Assembly: GCA_036785375.1 (NCBI GenBank)
Contig: JAWMAR010001602.1
Coordinates: 1-64,000, forward strand
DNA: 64,000 nt
Direction of reading: 5' to 3'
Origin: Leucoraja ocellata
Taxonomy: Eukaryota
Shown here: positions 38,001 through 49,500 of the stretch, piece after piece
How the letters are laid out: every line of letters begins with the position of its first letter
Position numbering within the stretch: the first letter of the stretch is position 1
Made by a program: the position numbers and the translations under genes
The notes under the pieces: model-generated
Database searches by the model: none
Told to the model about the DNA's origin: nothing
The model's input: only the letters and a program-made list of their open reading frames with translations

Positions 38001-39045
38001 GGGGTAGAGTATTGACATGGATAGAGAACTGGTTGGTGGACAGGAAGCAAAGAGTAGCAATTAACGGGTCGTTGCTGGGACCCTGATTGTTTTCAATATA
38101 TATCAACGATTTAGACGAGGGAATTAAATGTAACCTCTCTAAGTTTACGGGTGATACAAAGCTAGATGGCAGTGTGGGATGCAAGGAAGATGTTATGTGG
38201 CTACTGGGCTTATAGCATCTTGTACAGGTTGGGTGAGTGGGCAGAAGCATGGCAGATGCAGCATAATGTGGATAAATGTGAGGTTATCCACTTTGGTAAT
38301 AATGGTGTCAGATTAGGAGAATGGGATGTGCAACGAGACCCGGGTGTGCTTGTACATCAGTCACTGAAAGTAAGCATGCAGGTACAGCAGGCAGTAAAGA
38401 AAGCAAATGGCATGTTGGCCTTCATAGCGAAAGGATTTGCATTTAGGAGCAAGGAGGTCCAACTGCAGTTATACAGAGCCCTGGTGAGACCGCACCTGGA
38501 GTATTGTGTGCAATTTTCATCTCCTAATTTGAGGAAGGACATTCATGCCATTGAGGGAGTGCAGCGTAGGTTCACCAGGTTAAATCCCGAGATGGCGGAA
38601 CTGACGTATGATGAAAGAAGGGGTCAACTGGACTTGTATTCACTGTAATTTAGAAGGATGAGAGGATATCATGTAGAAACATATAAAATTCTTAGAGCAT
38701 TGGACAGGGTAGGTGCAGGCATAATGTCCCGATGTCAGGGGTGTCCAGAACTAGGGGTCACAGTTTAAGATTTTAACGGATTGGCCATTTCGGACTGAGA
38801 TGAGGAAAACCTTTTTCACCCAAAGAGATGTGAATCTGTGGAATTCTCTGCCACAGTGGAGGCCAATTCACTGGACGTTTTCAATAGAGTTAGATTTAGC
38901 TCTTAGGGCTAACGGACTCAATGGATATGGGGAGAAAGCAGGAACGGGGTACTGGTTTTGGATGATCAGCCATGATCGTATTGAGTGGCAGTGCTGGCTC
39001 GAAGGGCCGAATGGCTTACTCCTGCACCTATTTTCTATGTTTCTA

Positions 39046-41013
39046 ACGAGTAATCTGAGATCGAACGGCCAACTCGTGCGATCTATCTGTTAACCTTTTG
39101 TCCTCCTATGTTATATCAAATCCATTTAAACTCGCTGCCATATTGTTCAGGTTCCCCGTGTCTTCTCCAAGACAACATGTCCATTAAATCGGTGGGGAAA
39201 ACTAAATTAACTTTATTAATGCCTCACACTTCCCTCTAATTGTTTGTGTTTATGTGGCTCTACAGAGATAGTCCTTATTATCATAAGAATGCACATTGAA
39301 TAAATGATAAAATGACTAATAGCATAAGCAAGAAATGCATTTCAGATTCTGCTGAATCAGAATATCCCCCCCCCCCCCCTCTTCTACATTTTCTGTGGCA
39401 AAATGCTGAATGATGGGCAAGAGCCCACCATGTAACTGAAAGGAAACACCTTTGTCGGCCGTGCTGCTAAATTAATCAGGCACTTTCAGTCTGTTGCTCA
39501 AACACTAAAAATTCTGATGGTGAATAACAACTAACAAAATATAAAAAACTACCTTGCAATCTATATCTCGCAAACTTCCAGCTACCAATCGTATTGGTTA
39601 CATGCTGCATCATTTCGATTAAATTGTCAGGAGTATCCATTGTGATCATGTAAATCCCAGCTACTGTGTTTGGTTGGGATTAGCTTTCACGTTTACAGTG
39701 GGCATCAATGTGTCTTGGATTCTGTATGGAATCCGTTTAGAGATGATCTGACACAGGGTTTTCAGGTCGTTCATATAGTGGGTATGATTGTTAGTCACAC
39801 ACCACACAGTTAGTGACCTGAGTAAAAATGAGTAAAATACCGAATGGATGTTCATTATCTTCCAGTTTAGCGAAGGCCAGAGGTGTCCACGTTGTTTCCC
39901 TTTGCACACTGAAGCCGTGATATTCTTTATGTTTGCATACAGTCTAGTAAAATCGCACAGTAGACCTCATAGAAACATAGAAACATAGAAATTAGGTGCA
40001 GGAGTAGGCCATTCGGCCCTTCGAGCCTGCACCGCCATTCAATATGATCATGGCTGATCATCCAACTCAGTATCCCGTACCTGCCTTCTCTCCATACCCC
40101 CTGATCCCCTTAGCAACAAGGGTCACATCTAACTCCCTCTTAAATATAGCCAATGAACTGGCCTCAACTACCCTCTGTGGCAGAGAGTTCCAGAGATTCA
40201 CCACTCTCTGTGTGAAAAGAGTTCTTCTCATCTCGGTTTTAAAGGATTTCCCCCTTATCCTTAAGATGTGACCCCTTGTCCTGGACTTCCTTAACATCGG
40301 GAACAATCTTCCTGCATCTAGCCTGTCCAACCCCTTAAGAATGTTGTAAGTTTCTATAAGATCCCCTCTCAATCTCCTAAATTCTAGAGAGTATAAACCA
40401 AGCCTATCCAGTCTTTCTTCATAAGACAGTCCTGACATCCCAGGAATCAGTCTGGTGAACCGTCTCTGCACTCCCTCTATGGCAATAATGTCCTTCCTCA
40501 GATTTGGAGACCAAAACTGTACGCAATACTCCAGGTGTGGTCTCACCAAGACCCTGTACAACTGCAGTAGAACCTCCCTGCTCCTATACTCAAATCCTTT
40601 TGCAATGAAAGCTAACATACCATTCGCTTTCTTTACTGCCTGCTGCACCTGCATGCCTACCTTCAATGACTGGTGTACCATGACACCCAGGTCTCGCTGC
40701 ATCTCCCCCTTTCCCAATCGGCCACCATTTAGATAATAGTCTGCTTTCCCGTTTTTGTCACCAAAATGGATAACCTCACATTTATCCACATTATACTGCA
40801 TCTGCCAAACATTTGCCCACTCACCCAGCCTATCCAAGTCACCTTGCAGTCTCCTAGCATCCTCATCTAGGTAGTGCACAATGTGTCACCATGTTTCTGG
40901 CACCGAGAATGTTACAAAATGTCTATTGAACAGACATCGATGGCACGTCAGTCAAAAGTCAATTTCTTTGCACCGATAGAATCCGTCTTTGATTTAACCA
41001 TTTAATCACAGCT
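39046..41013 (+). repeat. Duplicated non-coding block, copy A (paralog at 58212-59953)
   Basis: Co-linear similarity with copy B over about 1.1 kb; interrupted here by CR1 39971-40860. Confidence 0.9.
39971..40860 (-). mobile_element. Young CR1 3' fragment
   Basis: Open ORF 40067-40879; flanked by CCTCAT; empty site visible in the paralog at about 59804-59810. Confidence 0.92.
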
Positions 41014-41369
41014 AAGCATTATCGGTATATCAGCTGGAGTCACTCCGCGGGCAATGACACCTCTAGTAAATACATGATTATCTCCATAAACCTTGTTCGT
41101 TCCAATTCTACAAGAGCAGGGGGATGTACTACTAATATTCCGAGCAAAGCCCTCGCGACAGTTTTTCGGACAAATATTATAGGGGAGGGTAACCCTTGAC
41201 GAGGCCCAATGACAAAGTTCACTTGACTCTCTCCCATGAAATGCACTGGGACAAATGCAGCATTGGTTGGATGTGGAGATGAGATCCCTCAATACGTTAT
41301 AAAACGCACGGAGCATGTATTTAGTGTGATGCTCCCGCTCATGTCCTAATCTGCACACTGCCACACAGT

Positions 41370-41640
41370 TGCACAGATCCAGGTTCGATCCTTACCTCGG
41401 GAGCTGTATGTGTGGAGGTTGCAACCGTGTAGATTTTCTCCGGGGGCTCCGGTTTCCTACCACATCCCAAAGATATACGGATCTGGAGGTGCAATGGGCT
41501 GTGTATTATTGCCTTTTATATGTTCGATGTGGATGAGAAAGTGGGATAACAATACACTAGTGTGAACGGCAGGTCGATGTTCGCCATGGACTCGTTAGGC
41601 ACAAGGGCCTGTATCCATGCGGCATCTCAAAAATTACAAT
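41370..41640 (+). mobile_element. V-SINE/HE1-type SINE fragment
   Basis: B-box-like GGTTCGATCC and CTCCGGTTTCCTACCACATCCCAAAGA core. Confidence 0.65.
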
Positions 41641-41789
41641 TAAATATATTCACAAGGATAGATACCCAAAGGGGCTATTTCCATTATTTCTCATGGATGC
41701 TTCTCTTACACTGCTCACTCTTCTACACCCGAAAATATTCTCAGGTCATTGAAAATGTAGATCATGAAGATCGTGTTAATCTAATAGAG

Positions 41790-42905
41790 GCATAGAAATT
41801 GGCCAGAGGAAGCAGCAAACCGGAGGACTGGGAGACATTTAGAATTCAACAGAGGAGGACAAAAGGTGGGGGGGGGGGGGGGGGGGGGGGGGAATAGAGC
41901 ATGAAAGAAAGCTTGCAGAGAATTTAATAACTGACTGTAAAAACTTTTTAAGATATGTGAAGAGGAAGAGATTAGTGAAGGCAAATATAGGTCCGTTACA
42001 GTCAGAAACAGGTGAATTTATAATGAGAAACATGAAATGGCAGACCAGTTAAATGAGTACTTTAGTTTTGTCTTCACTAAGGGCGACACAAACAATCTCC
42101 CCGGAAAAACTATGGGAGCGGGGATCTACTGGCAGGCCGTGACTAGTGGGGTGCCGCAAGGATCGCTGCTGGGACCCCCATTGTTCACAATATATATTAA
42201 CGCTTTAGACGATGGAATGAAATGTAACAATAAGTTTGCAGGTGACACAATGCTGGGTGGCAGTGTGGGCTGCGAGGAAGATTCTATGAGACTGCGGGGT
42301 GACGTATAGGTTGGTTGACTGGGAAGAAGCATGGCAGTGTTGTATAATGTGGATTAATGTGAGGTTATCCACTTTGGTGGCACAAACAAGAAGGCAGATT
42401 ATTACCTGGATGGCGTCAAGATTATGAGAAGGGGAGGTGCAACGAGACCTGGCTGTGCTGAAAGTGAGCATGCAGGTATTGTAAACAGTGAAGAAAGCAA
42501 ATGGCATGTTGGTCTTCATAGTGAGATGATTTGAGTTTAGAGGTTCTACTGCAGTTGTACAGAGCCCTGGTGAAACCGCACCTGGACTATTGTGTGCCAT
42601 TTAGATCCCCTAATTTGAGGAAGAACATTATTGCTATTGAGTGAGTGCAGGTAGGTTCACCAGGTTAATTCCTGGGGTGACAGGACTGACGTATGATGAA
42701 AGAATGCGTAGATTGGACTTGAATTTGCTGGAATTTAGTAGGATGAGAGGGCATCTTGTACAAACATAAATTATTAGAGCATTGGACAGGGTAGATGCAA
42801 GCATGATGGTCCCGATGTTGGGGGAGTCCAAAACCAGGCTCACTGTTTAAGATTCAGGGATAGGCCATTTAGGAATGAGATGAGGAAAAACGTTTTCACC
42901 TAGAG
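41790..42905 (+). mobile_element. Degenerate CR1 LINE with internal deletions
   Basis: [17 protein letters not shown] and the CR1 C-terminal region. Confidence 0.8.
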
Positions 42906-43922
42906 AGTCAATAGACAATAGACAATAGGTGCAGTAGGCCATTCAGCCCTTCGAGCCAGCACCGCCATTCAAAGTGTTCATGGCTGATCATCCCCAATCA
43001 GTACCCCGTTCCTGCCTTCTCCCCATATCCCTTGACTCCGCTATTTTTAAGAGCCCTCTCTCTTGAAAGCATCCAGAGAACCCGCCTCTGAGGCAGAGAA
43101 TTCCACAGACTCACCACTCTCTGTGAGAAAAAGTGATTCCTCGTCTCCGTTCTAAATGGCTTACTCCTTATTCTTAAACTGTGGCCCCTGGACTCCGGAC
43201 TCCCCCAACATCGGGAACATGTTTCCTGCCTTTAGCGTGTCCAAACCCTTAACAATCTTATATGTTTCAATGAGATATCTTCTCATCCTTCTAAACTCCA
43301 GAGTGTACAAGCCCAGCTGCTCCATTCTCTCAGCATATGACAATCCCGCCATCCCAGGAATTACCTTGTAAACCTACGCCGCACTCCCTCAATAGCAAGA
43401 AAGTCATTCCTCAAATTAGGGGACCAAAACTGCACACAATGCTCCAGGTGTGGCCTCACTAGGGCTCTGTACAACTGCAGAAGGACCTCTTTGCTCCTAT
43501 ATTCGATTCCTCTTGTTATAAAGGCCAACATGCCATTTGTTTTCTTCACTGCCTGCTGTACCTGCATGCTCACTTTCATAGGCTGATGTACAAAGACCCC
43601 CGATCCCATTGTACTTCCCCTTTTCCCAACTTGACGCCAATTAGATAGTAATCCGCCTTCCTGTTTTTGCTACCAAAGTGAATAACCTCACATTTATCCG
43701 CTTTAAACTTAATCTGCCATGCATCTGCCCACTCACCCAATCTGTTCAAGTCACCTTGCATTCTCATAGCATCCTCCTCACAGTTCACACCAAAGATTAT
43801 AGAGGAGCAAGATAAACCACTCGACGAAAAAGCTGTAGTACGGTCATAGGCTCATGGGTAATTTTTTGCGCGCCATTTTGAGAATCATATATATGAGCGT
43901 TTTTTTTAAATGGGCTTCTATC

Positions 43923-45930
43923 ATGGCATCCACATCTACCAGCGTAGCGAGCTGTTCTGCTATAGTAAATGTAAGCGATTCAAGCACAAAATAGCAGTCT
44001 TTCTTCAGATTCCCCACTAAAGACAAAAGGTAAGAAAAAAATTATAACTTACTGTCTTGAGGCCGATCTCTTCCTATAGCTCAGATCGCGGAGCCGGGGG
44101 TCACCAGAAGAATTGCTCTGATCGCTGGCCCGCGGACTATAACACCCTGAAGCCGCGGTGTGTGGAGCTTCTAGTCGCGGGGGCAGCGTGCACTTTTTCT
44201 CGCAGAGTCTAGGATCCCTCGCCGGAGAAAAGCTCCGATCGCCGGCCCGCGGCCTATAACATCATGAAGCCCCGGTCTCCAGTAGGAAGCGGCCGATTCG
44301 CGACCTCCTAGCCGCGGAGATCCCGAATCGGCTTGTGTTTAAGCAGGTTTGAAATAGTGTTTAAAATACAGGATAAATGGTGTTAAATATTCACAACGTA
44401 CATGGATTAATGGTGTTTAAAATACATGATAAATGGTTAAATATACACAATGTACACGGATCAATGGTGTTTAAAATCTATATTACTAAATCTCTGATCT
44501 TGACCGCTTTTGGCCAACTGTGCTGCGATTTCTGAGAGAACGCCGCCACCTACGGCCGTCATTTTTGGCCACCTCGCTCAGAGCCCCGCTCTGCCATATG
44601 AGTGCGGAGGATTTTTTCCGTCGATGAAAAATGAGAGAGATATTAATGTTTTTACAAAATTCCCCATTCTCTCTGCTGCCCCCGCTGGCGTGTCGTGCCT
44701 CATTCAGTCTCTGCCAGACCAGGAAGCGAGAGGGTCACGGCTCTGAGCTGCGAATAACACTGAACGCACATCTACTCCACAGTGAGTCCTCTCGATGCAA
44801 CTTTAAAGTGGCTGCAGCCTTTTTTTTAACAAGTTTGTGTTCGCAAAATGAATTTTGGTTGTCGGGTGTCTGCAGCCCAATTGTTTGCCTTGACTTGGCT
44901 TTTAAAATCGTTTCAACAGTTGGATGCCTGCTCAAGCATCCATACGGCCCACAATGTCTATACTAGCCCTCTGGAAACCAGTGTCTTCGGCCCGCAACAC
45001 CCATACTAGCGCAATAGACAGCCTTCCCCCACCCCCCCCCCCCCCACTGGCGAGCAGTATTGGAATTGGTGGAGAGGTGGAATATTGCGTTGGTGACCAG
45101 CCCTCCCGTGTGATGCTGGGACCCAACGGGTCCCACTTAGTCTAGTACATGATAAATGGTGTTGTAGGGAACAACGACAAGCCACGAGGAACACACATTA
45201 AAGCCTTAATTTCCTTCCCAATGTATGATGACCGTAACATATATCATTCTATTCTTATGATCCCGACAATGTATTATATTATATAAGACATTTTTTGGTA
45301 CATGAGCAAGTTATTAGAAAGTCTTCTTTTATAGATATAGACTTAGCACAATAATAAAGGTAGACAAAAATGCTCCAGCTCCATAAGAATTTCTCCAGCA
45401 TTTTTGTCTACCTTCGATTTTCCAGCATCTGCAGTTCCTTCTTAAACAATAATAAGGGTATCAATTTTTACACTGCTGTACATTTTTGGTTTTGTTCTTG
45501 TCGTAAGGCAGGCATGGTATTGTAAGCTCTTCTACATTTAAGTTAAATCAAGTCAAGTCAAGTCAAGAGAGTTTATTGTCATGTGTCCCAGATAGGACAA
45601 TGAAATTCTTGCTTTGCTTCAACACAACAGAACATAGGAGGCATGAATACAGACTTTATTCAGTAGGCATAAATTGACCTACAAGAGGAAAAATGCATCT
45701 TCAATATACATGTCTCTCCCCATCCCTGAAAACAATTGCATTTAAGTGACATATCATCCATTCTGCAGTTATGTAGTTATAATCAGATTTGTTCTTATAA
45801 GTTAATTCTATATGATATGTTACTGTAATTTCAGATGTTGACAGTGGGTCCAGAATACTCGTTGATAAGATCTCCTACAGCGAACTATGGAGTACTTGTC
45901 AAAGAACTGCCGTCTTTGTTCTGAACACTC
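43923..45930 (+). pseudogene. Decayed two-exon THAP zinc-finger domain (transposase N-terminus)
   Basis: Exon 1 (43923-44029): MASTSTSVASCSAI...*QSFFRFPTKDK-R, donor GTAAG. Exon 2 (from 45835, after TTTCAG): C*QWVQNTR**DLLQRTMEYLSKNCRLCSEH. THAP hallmarks C, FFRFP, W and CxxH are present and the splice phases match. Confidence 0.8.
44477..45145 (+). mobile_element. Non-autonomous Helitron (669 bp)
   Basis: 5' TC (TCTATATTACTAAA), 3' hairpin GGGACCC-AAC-GGGTCCC (45118-45134) then CTAG. Inserted between A and T without a TSD; removing it restores the local repeat unit GGTGTTTAAAATACATGATAAATGG. Confidence 0.88.
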
Positions 45931-46516
45931 TGTATATCTCACACATAAAACAATAAATTATGTAAATCTTACCATAAATGACAGAAATAAAAAGTGTTAT
46001 CCTTGTTTATGAATTTTGTTGTAGAATTATTTAAAATTGAGTGGCTTGATGCAATATACTGCTAACCCACAAATGTTTAGTTATGAGATATTCACATTTA
46101 AAAACTCACTCAGAGTTCGGGTGGCTGCCGGGCCCGGACAGTGGAACCGCAGCGAGACCCGGGGCTCGCAGGTGACCTGGGAACTGCAACTAGTCCTGGA
46201 GGGTCCTGGCCCCTGTGCAAAAAAGGCTGCGGACCCCTGGACTAAACCAAACCCTCGATCCTCTCCCGCCATCCTTTTTTCAAAATTTAGCAACTCAAAT
46301 GGTGGTGCGTCTTCATTGCCGGGAAATAGGGTAACTCATTTCCCTCAAATATATGTAAATTTCCCTCAAATATATGTTAAATTAAAAACTAAACTATGGT
46401 AGCAATGCACAGTTTTCATGTCTAATGCTCGCACTTCTGCATCAATGTAGGTATGTATACACTATATTACTTTACTAATATAGAATGAAAAAATATCTTG
46501 GCATGTGTTCATTTAT

Positions 46517-49500
46517 ATTTTACTTCGGAGTCACGTGAGTGACTACATGAAGAACCCGCCAGTACGCATGCGTATCATTATTGCTACACACATTGCAACG
46601 TCATTGGGGGAAGGAAGGACGTTCCTCCCAAACGGCAGGTTTGGAACCTACAACAGTAGGTAAGAGAACTTTGTTTCTTTTTTACTTACCTTTGTTTACA
46701 GGAAGGCTGTGGAAAGCTGGCGTGGGAGAGCTGCTATATAGGAGCAGGCAGCCAGCAACGGCCGGTGGCACGACAATCTCCCTTGGCGGGAGCCGGTGCG
46801 ACTTCAGCTCCAGCAAGGGTACGGGTCGCCGACAACCGATGGAGCACTCGGGAGCCGTCAATCTGATGATTCGGAAAAGCCCAAGGACCTACAGGGTAAG
46901 GAGCGCTACATGGGTCCGTGGGGCTGAGAAATAAAAATAGCAGCGAGCGGTCGTTGCCCGTGAGCACCGGGTACGCGTTGGAGCTGCTGGGCCTGCGTCG
47001 CGAGCGTCCAGTTCCCCGAGAGGACTGCACCGCATTGGAGCACAGCAGGCCCACGTGGGAAAGGAGCGGCACAGTGCAGAGCACTGCACCGCGTCAAAAC
47101 CACCATACCTGCGGTTGCGAGCGGCCAGCTCCCCGAGAGGACTGAACCGCGTTGGAGCACTGCAGGCTAACGGTACTACGGGTGGCTCAGTGCCGTGAGC
47201 ACTGCACCGCGCTTTGGAGCACCGCAGGCCAACGGCACTACAGGGGACTCAGTGCCCTGAGCACTGCAACGCGTTGACACTGCGGGACCTGCACCTGCGA
47301 GAACATACCGCGTTTGCAGCGATGCAGGTCCAAAAAAGAAGAACAAATCCTCGAGTGGGTAACTCCCATGGCAGCACCTTATACAGGGCTGTATCTCACT
47401 TCTACTATTACAGGGAAGTGCTGGAGGAAAAGACAGACTTAGGGAGAAGGAAGCAGCACCTTTTCTTAGGGCTATAATCATGCTTCTCTCCATCCAGTAG
47501 ACTCTTTTGTCAGAAGAGTGCTGGGGTCAAGTCTAGGGCAAACCCTGGACAGGTAAACAGATGTAAGAGATGCTTTTTCTAAGTCACAAAGTACATAGAG
47601 TGCATTATTGGTCTTTTCCTGATAGAAATACAGGAATACTTATGTTGTGACTGAAGGATTTAGCAGACCAAAAATTTACTGACAAATTCCATTCCCATCT
47701 GGGAAGTCACATGGGAATGTCTGTCTATATTTCACGGGGAACAACAGTACAGATGTGAGTAAAGCTAACTGGGAAAGATCTACAAACCAGGTTAGAAGCC
47801 AGCATAGACCATATGTTTTCTATCTACTGCAGGGGAAAGCATTAGCTGACACCATAGCGGTCACTTGCCACTGGGGATTGTAAATCCCTGAATGTAATAA
47901 ACTAATCAATTTATGCATCTGGTTACATCCAACCGGGATTGACACGGGCCTGTGTAAACCCGAAACCTCCTAGCAATATTTTTTTATTTGGAGGTGACCA
48001 ATCTAGAAGGTCAAGGAGTTGGACAATGAAGCCAAATTGGAGCTCATCTAAACGTCCAAACATCATCCTCAAAGGTATCGCCCCTATATCTGAAGATGTG
48101 TACACCCACAACACACGGCCTCGGGGATCCAGATGACAACAGTAAAACCAGAAGGAAGCAAGGAGGTTGGTGCGAGAAGACATTGAATAAATAATTTTTT
48201 GACACTCGTATCTTAAACAGTATCCGGGAATACACAATAGAATTTTACAACACATAATCTTCTAGTCCAGCTGATATATCGAGAGAGGAATTTGGAGGAG
48301 AACACCAAATGGATATTGGGCTATAGTATTTGCTGATGTTTCTACACGATATGGAACACCAGATGCCGATCTACTCGTATCCAGACATAATCACCAATTA
48401 CCAAATATGTCATATGGGATACAGACACTGGACATCAGCAACGGATGGGTTTTAGCTGCATTGTAAGGGAAGAATTATTATCTACGCATTCCTTTCCTAA
48501 CAAAATAGGATATGGCGCTTGACGCATCAAACATAGATCAGATCTCGGCTTTTTGGCCAAGATCAAGCATAATATCTGGGTTTTTATCAGTTTAAATATC
48601 TGATGTCCCTTATCTAGGGACCATATATTAAAAATAAATAAATAAATAAAATTAATAATACGATATATTCGTTAAGAACGGAAACCTTTTCTATTGTTAA
48701 GTATATTCGTTTTAAGAACGAAAATGGCAAGCATTGATTCAAAGGATGCTTACTATTTTCAGTACCCATAACAGGTGACCACGGACGTTATTTTATCTAA
48801 TTGGATGGCTCAGCTCTAGCAGTATAGAGCACTACCTAATGTGTTTACATTAGCACCTAGGTTATTTACAAAATATAACAACCAGCCACACAATGGTAAT
48901 GGCTTCTTTGGATGACATACTAATTGTGCAGAACTTAGGACGGGCTGAACAAACGGTAACAGCCCTTTAACAATTATTTGGAAACTAGGATTCATTATCC
49001 ATCCAATTAAATCAAAATTAAAGCCTTCAAACTAAAGGGATTATTTGGGGTTCACCAATAACTCAGTTCCTCATGTCAGTAACTTTGCCAACAGAGGTTA
49101 CAATCTTAATAAAGGCATACAGCAAAATCATTGACATGAGGATAAACCATTCATCAGACTGGTAGCAAGAATTTTGGCAACAGGTGGTACTGGGAATATG
49201 GGTTCCAGCCACATAATTCAGACCCTTACATTATAAAGATTTACAGAGGGCCAAAATATGAGCTCTTAAAATTAATGGTGATCATTTCGATAGAATGATG
49301 AAGCCATATTGGAACTAAATGGTGGAAAGATAACATTGGGCATTGCTCCAATCCTATCATTGTCAGCAACCAGTCTATGGTCCTACATATGCATGCTATG
49401 CACTAGGATGGTGTGTTACCAATTCCATCTCCAGCTGTGGAGGAAGATGGAATACACAGGAAGCATCATTATTACAAACACTGGGCATAACTACCTGGAA

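Larger units (their letters stand above)
27790..39045 (+). mobile_element. Outer CR1 LINE split at about 28338/37060 by a nested stack
   Basis: APE region at 27800-28338 (MSDFN, CDHN) continues into linker, RT and 3' UTR at 37060-39045. Confidence 0.75.

Noticed and set aside
46960-47300. CRISPR-like repeat-spacer array
   Set aside because: Eukaryotic context, degenerate repeats with related intervening sequence, and no cas genes.
48537-48632. Functional U2 snRNA gene
   Set aside because: Truncated before the Sm site, branch-pairing sequence mutated, and A-rich tail.
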